From Asterias rubens (taxonomy: Eukaryota): a stretch of 64,000 nucleotides of DNA. The notes beneath the pieces were generated by a model. That model ran no database searches. It was not told the origin of the DNA and worked only from the letters and a program-made list of their open reading frames with translations. How positions within the stretch are numbered: position 1 is the stretch's first letter; the number at the start of each line of letters is the position of its first letter. Of this stretch, positions 11,018 through 24,020 are shown piece by piece. The DNA is taken from assembly GCF_902459465.1 (NCBI RefSeq), contig NC_047075.1, positions 14,508,001-14,572,000 on the forward strand. The letters are read 5' to 3'. The translations under genes and the position numbers were made by a program.

Positions 11018-12527
11018 TCATGGATAGTCTCTACAGCAAATTGTTTTGGCTGTTTATATGTTTAATGAGGTAAGTATTAGTCTTTTGTGTTCCTTACCCA
11101 CTGCTTTGGTCTAAATTGTTGTGCCTATTAACAAACAATTACAGTTGCATCTTTCCACATCTTATAACATAAGTATTTTTGTTGTCTGGACTATTTACTC
11201 CGGTCACATTTGCAGTGTATGTTCATCCTCTATGGTGTCACTGTGCATTGTTTCAACTTTAAAATCACAATATCATGTCTTTATTATCTTTCCAAGATTT
11301 TCGCATAAAGGTAGAAAAGTATAATTGGAGTGATGCTCACAATTTATAAACTAGTCATTACTGTGACAAATCTAGCCAATTTGTTCCTTAATGACCTTCG
11401 TTGGGAAGATCGCTGCCAATGGAAAGAGCTTCAAGTGTGGATTCTTTGATGAAGATACTTTGTAAGTACACTTACTTTCAGTACGTGTAATATATTAATA
11501 GGATTTAACAGGCCACTATTTGTCAACAATGTTCGATGCAGTATGTGTGACATGCAGTCTGTGTGATTTTGTGTCAAACAACATGGTCCGAGACATGATC
11601 TAACAGTTGATTTTTATTGTATGTACTAATGGTGCTCTTCAAAGATATTTATCAACAATTTAGTGAGGTTTGTGGTAACACAATGTACACTTGTTGCGCA
11701 TGTTGTTACTATATGAATTTTGTCAATCATCCTTGCCACCCATTACTTTGGAAATATGGGATGCTACAAAAACCAGCCTTATCAATCTATTTGTAATCTT
11801 GATTGAAGACATATTTCTATGTTTTGATCATATATTTTACATTTAAACTGCATCAAGAGTAATAGTAATGAATACATATTCATGAATAGTATACAAATAA
11901 TGAATGTTTATGAGAGCAATGGTAAGAATATTTTCATGAGTTGAAAGATGAAATGTGCATTCAACGAGGCGAATGGAAATATTCTTACTATTGCACGAAT
12001 GAAAAACATTCCCAAGCAGATCCTTGTTATTTGGTTGGAGTATAACACTATAAATAAAATGTACAACTTGGAGGGCGTGCGAGCATGCAATAGAACAAAT
12101 CGGATGGAACGATAAATGCACGGTGAATGACGTAGCGTGCAATGGTACGTTTATTTGCTATCACGTGACCGACAATCCTCCAATCAAATGACGAGGATCT
12201 GCTTGTGTGTTATATAAAATCAACTAATCTATTATGGGTGAAAATCAGATTGTGGACATTTTTGGAGAATCTGTGCAGACTGAATTTGCTCTCTACTCTC
12301 TTGTTAATTCTATATATTCATAATTTCACTTATAAATCTTTGTGCATATTTAATTATTGTTTTTCATGCTTTGTTGGTTTTCATTTACTTCTGATAGTGT
12401 TTGTGTTCATCAGTTTTACAATATTTCTACCTTTCCTCATGTTACATGACTTTTGCTTTTTTTCTGATCATTGTATATGTATTTCCACCTTGTTCATTCA
12501 TCCAAACTCAATACAACAGGAGGAAGA

Positions 12528-12625
12528 GCTGCCATGTTTGTGAGAAACTTGCACAAATTTCTTATCCGTGAGGACCTTATGGCATCCTGCGACGACTTTG
12601 AATGCGTTTTTATTGAGATTGAGGC
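12528..12625 (+). pseudogene. Small LINE apurinic-endonuclease fragment
   Basis: Translates to GGRAAMFVRNLHKFLIREDLMASCDDFECVFIEI, resembling the GGVxxY...RxDL...ExxxIEI segment of CR1/L2 endonucleases. Confidence 0.45.
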
Positions 12626-12894
12626 CATGCTAGTAATCTAATTGTCGGTAGTTTTGTGTTAGTGTGTCCAAGGCATCTCGTCACAAGCCTAGGCTTCATG
12701 AAGATGCCTCTATACCAATGGGTTTTTTCTGCCTTTTATATCGTTTTGTTACTCTCATTTACAATTCCCATGTGTTCTCTGGTATTGAAATAAATGTGAA
12801 TTTGAATGGAATTGAATTGAATTCCCTTCTCTCCTATTTTTATAAATTCCAGAATTTCTCAAGAAGAAATGCCCTGAACAACTGGAAAAATACA

Positions 12895-13400
12895 TTGCAG
12901 ATGTGAGCAAAGCAAAGTTACACAGACAAGCCAACTCATTTTCATCAGAAGCAACTGCTCCTGACAATGAGCAGATATCAAGCAAAGATGATGCAAGCCC
13001 CGCTCTTGCAGGACCAAACCAAGCTGATGTCAGCGACAACGTTGATGACGATGGAAGTGGTAGTGAAACGTACCTAGTGACCTTGCAGATGTGAGCAAAG
13101 CAAAGTTACACTGACAAGCCAACTCATCTCCATCAGAAGCAACTGCACCTGACAATAAGCAGATATCAAGCAAAGATGATGCAAGCCCCGCTCTTGCAGG
13201 ACCAAACCAAGCTGATGTCGGAGACAACTTTGATGATGATGCAGATTGCTACATCTTGCCTAGTTACCTTGCAGATGTGAACATAGAAAAACTACTTGAA
13301 CAAGCCAACTCATCTCAATCAGAACCAAATGCAGAAAAGGAGCAAATATCATCCAAAGATAATGCAAGCTGCTCTCTTGATGATGAAGACAACTTTGAAG
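12895..13400. repeat. Three diverged 186-188-bp tandem repeats upstream of the recombinase ORF
   Basis: TTGCAGATGTGA recurs at 12895, 13083 and 13269, each followed by CAAGCCAACTCAT and AAAGATGATGCAAGC-like blocks. Confidence 0.85.
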
Positions 13401-13534
13401 GTGATACAGATAGTACTTATAGCATGCCCAGTGAAGAGGATGTTTCAACCAGTTTGTCAGAGTCTTCTGAATATGAAGTACCAGCAAAAAAAGGAAACAA
13501 CCATTGAAAGTACAAAGATCAACCTCAGAATCCA

Positions 13535-16500
13535 TTGTGCCTGACAGCTGTGATGAACCAGCAAAAGCAAAAGAAGCGGAAGAGATGTCTTGATGTGATT
13601 CGAGCAAAAGGAGATCATATCCATAATATGAGTGTTGTTAAGCATCACAAGGGAGAGTTGATCCTTGCAAGAAGACCAACAGATGTGCTTGATATAAGCA
13701 ACTATGGCCCCTGCCCCAGCTGTAAAGAATGGCTACGGCTGACAATAATAAAGCGACATCAATCTTCCTGTCCGGGACAAGAGGAGGAAACTCATGCAAG
13801 TACAACGTCTAAAGGGTGTCTGCTGCTTCAGTCTAATGTCCTCGCAGGAAGGGTAAATGATCGGGCAAGCAAAGCTTTGAGAGATGAAGTCTTCTCTATC
13901 ACGAAGGATGATGAAATAGTTCAAATAGCCCAGTGCGATGCTTTAATCATTGCCCTTGGTAATGACTGGATGATTAAAAATGTTGGCAACAGATTAATGC
14001 GCAAGTATTATACATCCAGTAAAATGAGATTGGCTGCTCGAATAAAAATTCAGCTCAACCGCCTAGCAACTCCACAGTCTGGGACTGAATTGCAAAACTA
14101 TCTCCATCCGCAATACTTTGAGGAAGTGACCAAAGCTGTCATGTTGGTTGCTAAGCAAGATGCAGGTGATGAAGAGGATCTTCAGTCGCCCTCTAATGCT
14201 ATAAAGCTATCTCATGATCTAAAGAAATTGGCAAGTATAAAACTGGCCAAAGCTATCTGTACAGGAGATGACATAAAAAGGAGAGAATCAAAAGATTTTC
14301 TTAAAGTAATCACGATCAATTTCTCCACAAAGCTTGCACGAGTTTTGCTTAGTGAGAGACAGTTTGGAGTGCGTAAACCATTGCCACTACCAAGATATAT
14401 AAAGAAACTGGCAGACTAAATTAGTGGAGAGTTGCAGTCCCTGGATCTGAAGGACTGCTCATACAGCAACTTCACAACAGCAGTGAAATTGGTCGAAACA
14501 AAATTGATTACATATAATCGGCGTCGGTGCGGAGAGCTTCAGGCAATGCTGTAAGTAAAAAAAAATGCATTATGTTTTACTTGTCAGTGTAGTGAAGTCC
14601 AGATCCAGAGTGACTCCTATACAATGAATGCAAAGTACTTTTAAAAGTTATCTTGAGTCCAACCTCAGTTCAACATTGTACAAATGTGCTTATGTTTGCA
14701 CTGCACTTGAGCCTGACACCAAATATTAGACGTCAAGCCAGATTCAAATTGAATGTAACCATGAACTTTGAATGTGGACTCGAGTACATGTACATTGTAC
14801 AAAATGTGTATGTTTTAATCACAAAAGCAAGCACAAGCAAGCTTCTGCGTAAATTTGTACAAGTTTTTTGTTTTACAGCAAGACATATACTGTACTGTTG
14901 GAGTATGTTGGATGAGTGACTAAGTAAATAATTCAAATAAATGTATAAGAATTTCTATCATAACGCAACAATTACCAAACAGATTGGGACATTTTATCAG
15001 TATACATTTTACATGTACAGTTAAACATTAAAAAGTTTGCTCCTTCCCAGAAATATTGTAAAATGCAGTCATCCATTGTTCTACATAGTAGATGACATTT
15101 CTATTTTCAAAATAATGGACCAGCTTTTGGAGTGACTTTGTAACTTCAGATAATTTATAGAAGTTTTTTTCTAAAATAATAATTGCAGCTTAAGCAGCTA
15201 CTCCCAACGCAAGAAAGGAATCAGTGAGGTTGAGGCAGAGGTGATGCAACTGACCACCTTTGAACAGAAACTTGCAGAGTCACAGCAGCTCGTCGAAATC
15301 CGTGGAAAGGTAGTTATTTGTTATCTTGAATCCTCGATTCTGATAGGTTGATCCATGGCAACAACAGTGTGATAATAACTTATATTGCACGGTCTATATT
15401 GCTCGAGCGTATTGTTTTGTTAGCTGTTCTAACTGCGCGTATTGCGCTTTTAAAGATAAATTATTCACTGTACATTAAAAAGTGGCGCGTTTGTATCCCA
15501 TCACGCTGATCGTAACCAGTGTTTTTGAAGCAAACTCGTTACATTTAACATAAAAATTATCACTATACTGCAAAACACATGGGAGGCAGAATATTTGGAG
15601 TTTCCAGATATGTTGAATTCGGGATTGATAATGTTTACTTAAAAATGTTAAAAATGTTCAATTCTTGTTAACATTGTACTGTCTTTTATTGATGCAAAGG
15701 AAAATTTAATAATTCTAGCGCTTCGTAGTAAATAAAGTCATGCGTCTTTCACCTTCACTGGGTGTCAAGTTTGCTTAAAGATAAATTTGTTATCACACGC
15801 GCACTCGTGTAATACAAAAAAATATAGCACGTCTGCATCACATATTAAACTCGGACTGGGACGCAGAATCGCTATATTTTTCTGTATAACAATCGCGCTA
15901 GTGATAACTAATAATAGGATATTATATTTCCATAGATATCCCACTATTGCATACAGCAGAATCAGCAATGAATCAAATGATTTATTTTCAACAGACTGGG
16001 CGAGCTGTACCAGTGATACTACCTGCTGAAGTGCAGCCAGTAATGGAGTATCTGACAAGCAGCGAAGTCAGGAGAATTGCAGGAATCATGCCTGTAAACT
16101 CCTATGTTTTTGCAAGCAAAGGTATGAACAAGTTTGACAACAGTTCCTCTTTAATACCCAAATTCAAAAATGAATTCAGAAGACTAAAAGCATTTAAAAA
16201 TATACATGTAACTTCATGTTCTTGGAAAGATAAATAACAATACCACGCTCTCGATCAGGATTGTGTGTGCATATGTTTTGGTAAATAGCAGACTCTTATT
16301 AATGAGATATTGGGACCAGCGCAATTAAATAAATGATGTTGTAATAATAGTAGTGGGAAAGAAAGAGCAACAAAATGTTTACACTGAAATTTGTGCTTTG
16401 ATATGAAGCAAAGTACATAAAGTACAGAATCTGTATTTTATTACACGCCAGGTGCTGGAGTGGTCCGGGGGTACAATGCAGTCGACAGTGTGGCATCCTC

Positions 16501-16570
16501 TGCTGGACTAGGAAGTCCACAATTCATCAAATCCTCCAGTTTGAGGAAGTACATGGCCACCATGACTCAG
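13535..16570 (+). pseudogene. Spliced tyrosine-recombinase (Crypton-like) transposase remnant; exons about 13535-14550, 15189-15309, 15995-16121, 16452-16570
   Basis: GT-AG introns join in phase to give YNRRRCGELQAML / LVEIRGK / TGRAVPVIL..NSYVFA / SSSLRKYMATMTQ, matching the YR Arg box I, catalytic Lys loop and box II; premature TAA at 14417-14419; final GH..H..Y exon not found. Confidence 0.8.
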
Positions 16571-16881
16571 GTGAGATAACATTTTCGAGTAGCTCATTGC
16601 TAACAGCTGAAAATTGGCATCAGTAACACATACACTTAGTGTTTATGCCTAGCTGATGATGGTCAAACAATTTTGATGATGTTCGTAATGCAAATAATAG
16701 AAAACAGCCTGATGTTACTGTTGAAAAATTGTGCACTATAGATTCTTTTTTAAGTAGGATTTAAAACTTTGCGTGGTGAGAATAGTCTAGTAAGGTTTGC
16801 AGTAGCACCATGTAAAACCAAAAGAGTATTTAAGCAGCATGCAGCGTCTGAGTCCAGCATTCTCCAGAAGACAATCAAAGT

Positions 16882-17078
16882 GGCGTGTTGTGGCCGAGCG
16901 GATAAGAACACGGGACTCAAGCTCTGGTGTTTCTGTACAGCAGAGTGTGGGTTCGAGTCCCGGTAATGACACTTGTGTCCTTAAGCAAGACACTTAACCA
17001 TTATTGCTGCGTCCTTCAGACGGGACGTAAAGCCGTAGGTCCCGTGTGTTGTGTAATGCACGTAAAAGAACCCAGTGC
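16882..17078 (+). mobile_element. tRNA-derived SINE with CORE-like central domain
   Basis: A box TGGCCGAGCGG (16891), B box GGTTCGAGTCC (16950), then TGTGTCCTTAAGCAAGACACTTAACC resembling the CORE-SINE core. Confidence 0.8.
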
Positions 17079-19674
17079 CTGTTCTTGCGCAGTTTCCAGC
17101 TTGTTGTAATGTTCTTGTTTTTGTAAGTCAGGTAATTCATGTAGATTAGTTGTCAAAACATGATAAAATGTATGAACAAAAGTTCAGTTATGTTCCACCA
17201 TTAAGTTCCACCAAAGGCAGTAATATTATTAGGAGAGACTTATGTCACTGACTGTGAAGGGTAAGCTGCGGAGAAAAGATGTTCTAGCATGCTTACTACA
17301 CTAGCCCCCGTGCACTTTTTAGTCGATGATCAGGTCTTCTGTATTCTTGACACACTTTGTTGTGGGCTATGCTCAATTCTATTTTTAGTGTCTGATTCAT
17401 CAGCACTTTCTGTCTTTGATTATAAATGGCTGAAAATCATGCCTTCAAATGTTCTTTATGTTGTTTTGAATGCATCTCAACTACAAGTGGCCGACATGTT
17501 CATTGGCCTGCACGTTACATCAACACCATGTTATGGACACCTGAAACAGTTTTCCCTGGATCATATCGATCGTTTTAATTCTTGCACCGATCTAGGGGGG
17601 AGCTACTGTAGTGACCTGAATCGTCAATACACATTTAGTGTTTGTTATTGTTGCATTTGGCACGCCATACTGCTACATGTACTGAACTTTCACCTCACTG
17701 TGCAAAGAGTTACATGTACAGCTGAGACCACATGTAGTTTTTGCTAGCACTGAGTTGCACATGTTTTACTAGTTCTCCATTTTTCGCGTTCGTTCTACTC
17801 AGCATTTGCCAGCGTATGTACAGCAGTTTTGTTCGTCAGTTGTATAAGTCAATTCGTCTTCGTTTCTCCGTCAAACTGTTTAATCATTGTGAACCTTGTG
17901 AACTTTGTGAACACTATTTTTGTATTCTGTGGATTGGAATTGGTGTTCATCAGACCGTGCTACGGTCGGCGTTTTAACCTGTAGTGTAGCACTCCAGTCT
18001 TCAGGACCTCGACTTTTCTCCGTCCCGGTGTGCAGATATTAAGTGTTGAGTTTTATTAGACATCCTTCTAAAGTAGTTTTGACAGATTACTACACACATC
18101 TAACAACAGCCCATGCGGGAGTTCAACTTCATCAGAATTGCCATGTCCACCACCAAGCCTCATCCTTTCGGGATCACCCTCGGGGTCTTTGGGGGGTTTG
18201 AGTCTGCCTGCCTCACCCTCCGTGATTCTCAGTCATCCCAGATCCTCATCAGCTTGCACATGTATTTTGAATAAGTACTTCACTCTTTGTGACTGGCAGG
18301 GTGGTGTTATTTCTACTATTACTAAAAGGGGAAAACAGATTGTATTGTATGTGTACTCATACAGGATGGTTTTAAAAAGCTTGTAACTTGTGTTGTGTGT
18401 TAACCATGGTCTGCAGGTCCTGAACAAGTTATGGGTTTAGCTTAACCTGTGAATCTCAATATGGCCCATCATAATTAGCATGTACAACACTGGATGGCCA
18501 AGGGAGCTTCAAGACACATTGAGAAAAACTCAACTAATCTAAGGATAGAATAGGGTAAAGACACAAGGAAATGCAAAAAATAGGACAGCGACTCATATTG
18601 TAGGTTTCCTCATTAAACAAATAATTTAAAAAACAACAGTATTGATTACAAAGCGATGACCAAAAGCAAGACCAGTGATTCAATGTACAGCAATAAAAGG
18701 TGGAAAACTTGTCTTACAGAACATTCCTACAAATTAACTTATACAGGGTGCTGGAAGAGATTAAATTGGAAATAAACAGAGGTGTGGAAAATTGAATAAG
18801 ACAGTACTGGTGGGGGACTTCTTTTGAAAGCACTGTGTGTCTATAAATTAATCATCTTCAAATTTCTTTGTTTTGTACTGATCGCCTGGCCACGAGGAGG
18901 GGGTGCAAAACTGTAAAACTAACGTTGGTCCAACGGCAACTTTAAGGTTGGCCCAACTTCGCTCTCCTGGTACGATGAACACGCAACTTCAAAGACCACC
19001 TACTACGGGAAAGTGGAAAAGCTGAAAACAAGAAAGGGAAATGGTTATTGTTACAGGATTCGGTACTGGTCAGTAGATGAAACATATGAGGATGCAACAG
19101 ATTATGACGTCAATAAGTTTGCTCTGGCTGCAGCCTTTGTGAAGATTTGCTTATCTGCTAAGAAACTGACCTCTGAGGATTGTGTTGATTATTTCTACAT
19201 GTAGTAAGCTTTTTATTTTGATGTCCTTGTTTGCCATTATTTGCACTCTAAGAGATTGTGAATAAGGACACTTTTGTAATGCATTGATTTTTGTACACAT
19301 GGAAACAGTGTTTTGTTTTTTCCTGTCTTAACACAAACATATACTCCCCAACACCTGCCCCAAATTAACAAACTATTTTCTTCGCCTTTTTAAGCATTGT
19401 TTTAGCTTTACAATGACACAAAGTTTGTTAAAAAGGACCCCAAAATAAGACCGCTACGTACTTTGGACTTTGGCTTGAAAATTGCTCGAAAATGGGTCTG
19501 CGTGGTCACAGCTCAAATCCTATGCCCTATATAGTTTACCATTAAGACAATGGCCGCAATTATCCCAAATTCAAGCGCCTTAAATGCGAAGTTCTTTGCA
19601 TCGTTGGAAAGGTATTTGTAAGGGCTTTCCATTGATACTAAACTTATAAGCTTTTTTGATTAAGAAATTAAACA

Positions 19675-20225
19675 ATAATAATAATAATAATAATAACATA
19701 ACATTTTTAAGGCGCGCAGTATCTGGAATAGATCCATTCAAAGGCACCGGAAGCTAGTCAGCTGACAAATTAAACAGATGAGACTTGAGGTTGTGTTTGA
19801 AAGTAGAAAGATCATCAGGTGTGTCCCTCGGCTCGTCTGGCAAGGAATTCCAGAGACGCAGTGCGCAGCTGGAAAAGGCACGGTCTCCGTAACTTGCCAG
19901 ACGAGTTTTGGGAACATAGAGTATGTGTGATGCTGATGACGATCTCAGGCCTGGTCTGATGTTACGTTGTTGTAAAAGATGTGTAATGTAGCAAGGTGCT
20001 AACCCATGGAGGGCCTTGAATGTGAGAAGCAAGATTTTGAATTGTATTCTATGTTTAACAGGAAGCCAGTGGAGATTACATAAAATGGGTGTTATGTGAT
20101 CGGAAGATTTGGTTCTGGTGAGTAAGCGGGCAGAAGCGTTTTGGACTTTTTGAAGACGGTTAAGTGATTGCTGAGGTGGTCCTGTAAGTAGACTGTTGCA
20201 AAAGTTCAGTCTTGATGAGATGAGA
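19675..20225 (-). mobile_element. 5'-truncated L2-like LINE 3' end
   Basis: SRLNFCNSLL, LQKVQNASARLL, LHWLPV, GDRAFS..LWNSLP; (TAT)n tail at 19675-19700. Confidence 0.9.
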
Positions 20226-20297
20226 AGGAGTGATGGCAACCATGGTGACGCTGACAGCCATGCTCCCAAGGCCCCTCGTGTGGCATGCATCCTGCAG

Positions 20298-22006
20298 GCC
20301 TTCATCAGTACGAGCACCACCTCACCGAAATAAAGCGAGAATGGAGCAAGGGCAACACTAGGAACAGTGACCATCTAAATCTACTGCTCTATGATGGAGC
20401 CCATTCTGAAAAAGTTGCCATGCTACACAGACGGCAGTATAGTAAGTGTACAATAATTTAATTACAGCACCCAGTGGTATAGCCAGTTTCTGTGGGGTGA
20501 GGGGGCAATTTTTAAGGGGTGCAAGTGAAATTGCTTTCCCAGCTTATATTAAGGAGCAACTTGTAAAAAATATTGTAAAGATTTTTGCAGTTCCCCCCAC
20601 ACTGACTGTACCATATCTGCAGGTAAAAATAGATCCTGACGAACAAGGTCAAATGTTCAAAAGAGGTGGCATCACCGAGTTGTACTAAAGTGCTAACTTT
20701 GTTGCCAGTGGATGATGGGCCTGTTCCTATACCTGAATTAGTCATCCTATCTCTGGAGTAAAGGGAACTTACTGTATTGAAGCACAGAGGGAAATTTTAA
20801 AGAAATTCAGAAGGAATTTCGGGAAACACCATGGGAGGAATTTTTTTAATCAAGGTGTGTGGTTCGGAAAAGAACCGGGGTGAGAGTGTCTCGACAGTTC
20901 AAAATGGGTACTCTGTAGGACAGACAGATTTAGAAATGTCCAGACACACTCTCCCCCTGTTTCTTTTCAATGTGTCTTTACATTTCGAACAGGGTACTCT
21001 AAGGACGGATAGAGTACAAAACGTCGAGACACACTCTTTTCAGTTCTTTTCAGACCAACACATCTTCATTAAAGAAATTTTCTCCCATGATGTTTGTTTG
21101 TAGCCGAAAGACTTCCTGTTTTCTTATCACTTCCACCATGAAGCTTCAAATTTTACCTATAACTGTCTACACTTCTTTATAGTTATCGGCATTGAAATCT
21201 GTGATTATACCAACAGGTTACTGGCGAGTTCAAGAGGCTCACTGGTGCAAAGCAGTTTGATGAAATGTTGGACAAGTCCAAGGTTTTCATATCAACAGTA
21301 CAAACATTTATCTCTGCGCCTGGAAAGGTAATTTGACTTTTTAGAAGGTTCATGAGGACAAAATTAAATACATTGTCACAAACCATTAACTATAATGAAA
21401 TATCATCCTTACCCTTTGTAAGACAAAATTGTTGTTTGTTTTGTAATCAAGAAGGTTACTTTTTAATGTTTTAATAACATGTTTTGGGTCATTCCATGTC
21501 AATTCAACACGCTTTTGGACCCGACTGTCACGGATTGAAATTAAATTTGGTATGCTGGTTGAACTCCTTAAGAAACACCCAGAACCGGAATGTCATGTTT
21601 GGCTTAGTGCAAGGATGATACTTCATAATGATTGATTGGTTTTTTGAAATTTTATTGCATTCTCGCCTCCTGAACCTTAAAAAACCCAACAATTGCTTCC
21701 AGCTATGTATAGCCCGAAAGGGGGTTAAGTCCCAGTGAACAGCAAAGATGTGACAACAGCATCATAGGGCTAGACTTTCAGCATGATGTTTGTGTTCATC
21801 ACTCCGAAACAACAGAATATTTGCACAAATTGTTCTGCACATGGACTACTTAGTCAAAGGCTTCCAAAAGCCTTATGGAGGGAAACAACCGCAATAATGA
21901 AATATTTCGTTTGCCCCTTCAGGAGCCAGAGAGGATGATCCCGGTACTCCTACACGTTGAAAAAGTGACTGCTTTCGACAAAGGGAAAGGGATCGCCATT
22001 AAAGAG
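20298..22006 (+). pseudogene. Multi-exon gene remnant (20298-20441, 21217-21327, 21923-22006), possibly a SAMD3-like accessory gene of a CACTA element
   Basis: Canonical AG/GT borders with phase-0 junctions: MEPILKKLPCYTDGSI / VTGEFKRLTGAKQFDEMLDK..PGK / EPERMIPVLL..IKE; the first exon has an internal frameshift. Family assignment is from memory of the IxxEFxRxT motif. Confidence 0.4.
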
Positions 22007-22626
22007 GTAAGTTCAGTCACTTGTAGCCAAGGCTGTCTTAGTGTGCTCTATGACTGGAGTGCTATTATACCAGTGCTCAAGGGACGGCTGCATGTTTCAA
22101 CTCCATACTGGTCCCTTGTCGGATGAACAAAATGCAGGGGGCCTGCACACAATATTCTCTGTGTCAGGCTCCAGAAATGAAACCTCACCCCAACAAACAT
22201 TGGGTAATGGGCCCCGTACGGGTAATGTTAGGGAGCGTACCGGCAGTACCGCTACGGTACTGCCCTTACTCAACCCGTAAAACGCCAGTATAAGTTTGAT
22301 TGTGGCGGACGTTGCAGGACCTGTTAGGGCACACCGTAAAGGTTCGTTCAAGGCCCTGTAACCGTAACGCGGCACGGCAGATCGACCCTCAGCTGAATCA
22401 AGCTACGGACGGTACCATTATCAGACTGAGTTAGGGGCGGGTGATGGCAACTTCAAATGCTATGAAATTTTAATGTTTATAATGTCTTTGTGTACCATGC
22501 ACATTAAAAGAAGAAACAAATCTTTATATTGTGAAGTTTTGAAATATTGTGCATTTTTGGTGTCTAAAAACAATAATTGTTGTTTGACTTATTTTCTATA
22601 CCCCTTTCAATAATGCTTTGATTCAC

Positions 22627-22865
22627 TAATTAGGCCCCGCCCTTTGACCGATTTTGTTGTAAACATACCGGCATACTGTACCAATCCCGTAATGGACCTG
22701 TTCATGTATTTCGGTTCTTGCCAAAAACGCATGCGCATCATCGTGAACCACCAGTAATAGGCCCCGCCCCTTGAACGCTTTTGTTGTAAACATACGGGCA
22801 AGCGGTACCGTTCCCATAATGGACCCGTTTGAGTATTTCGGTACTTGCCAAAAACGCATGCGCAG
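22627..22865. repeat. Two about 127-bp diverged tandem repeats with GC-box and NRF1-like motifs
   Basis: GGCCCCGCCC at 22633 and 22760, each followed by TTTTGTTGTAAACATAC and GCCAAAAACGCATGCGCA. Confidence 0.75.
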
Positions 22866-24004
22866 CACCGTATTGCGCGTTGAGTAGCGCGCGTATACGG
22901 GCGCAGGCCATAGATATAGAATATAGTGTTCTATATCTATGGCGCACGCACGGACGCAGGCGTGCAAATTCACACTCGTGCGCTGGGCGGTAGTTTTTTC
23001 TCACTTTTCTGCCGAACTTTAGATTTGCGCACGTACGTTCACCCGAAATCTGACAGAACTGTCCTCTTGTCCTCTGTATGACCCTGTTCTCTCCAACTGC
23101 TTCGTGACACCTGCTTTGGGAACATCAACAAGGCAATATTTGGTGAGTTGGTCACGTTGTCGTGACGTTAACTGACAGAAGTTTTTGGTATACACAGTCA
23201 TTGACGGTTGTTGATGATGCATGTGTAGTAGGGGTAGAAAATTCATTGTGTTATTATTCAAGTTAGTTAATTCCAGTTTCTAGTTAATTGCTTTTCCTGT
23301 TTACATTGTCCCTTCAGCTGTTTTTATTGCACCCCTGTACATGTAGGTTGTTATTTCTTAGAAGTCTTTTGTTACATGTTGGTAAACAGTTTCTTAATCC
23401 TTTGGTAGTGTAGTGACCCATCCTGTGCATTGTATATACATGTAAATAATCAGATAGCAGTCTGGCAGCGCAGGGAGCATATGTGTTCTTAGCTCTCTTC
23501 TTAAGTGTGATTTTCTTCATCATTTGCCTGTTTCAAGTATTTTCTGCTATTTTGGACTCGGTATCCTAAAGCCATTTTGATTTTAATTTGTAACTTTTCT
23601 TTGGCACTGTGTTTTAGTTTTAACTCTGGTTTAACTGTGTTTTGTATTTTAGTTTTGGTTTAGTTGAGTTTTTTAATAGTTCTTGGTTTAGGTTTCCTTT
23701 GTTTAAGTTGAGGTTTCAAACAGAGTAATTTTAAAGTGTGAGGCCCAAGTCCATTCTATTTGGTTTATTGTTTAATAATGCTTTTGTTGATTGATTCATA
23801 GTCAATAAAACTATTTTTAGTTTTTTTTGTTTGAGACACCTATACTTTGAGTCACTGTTCCTATTTTTTGCATCTCCTCGCGTCTTAGCCCTATCCGATC
23901 TTGGTTTTTCTCATTGTTCAAGCGAGTGCCCCCATAGTTAGCATTTTTATTTAGCTTCATTCATTCTTTTTCTAAGTGTACCCATTTTCTGGGTTACATT
24001 TTTT

Positions 24005-24020
24005 TGGTGGAGAATCCGGG
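24005..24020 (+). promoter_or_regulatory. Primer-binding site, tRNA-Ala-like
   Basis: TGGTGGAGAATCCGGG just after the LTR end; resembles the complement of the tRNA-Ala(AGC) 3' end (TGGTGGAGAATGCGGG). Confidence 0.7.

Noticed and set aside
16882-16965. Functional tRNA gene
   Set aside because: It has A and B boxes but no convincing cloverleaf, and it continues into a SINE core sequence.
16571-19700. Final exon of the tyrosine recombinase (GH..H..Y)
   Set aside because: No matching peptide found by eye downstream of the last donor site; probably deleted or too decayed.
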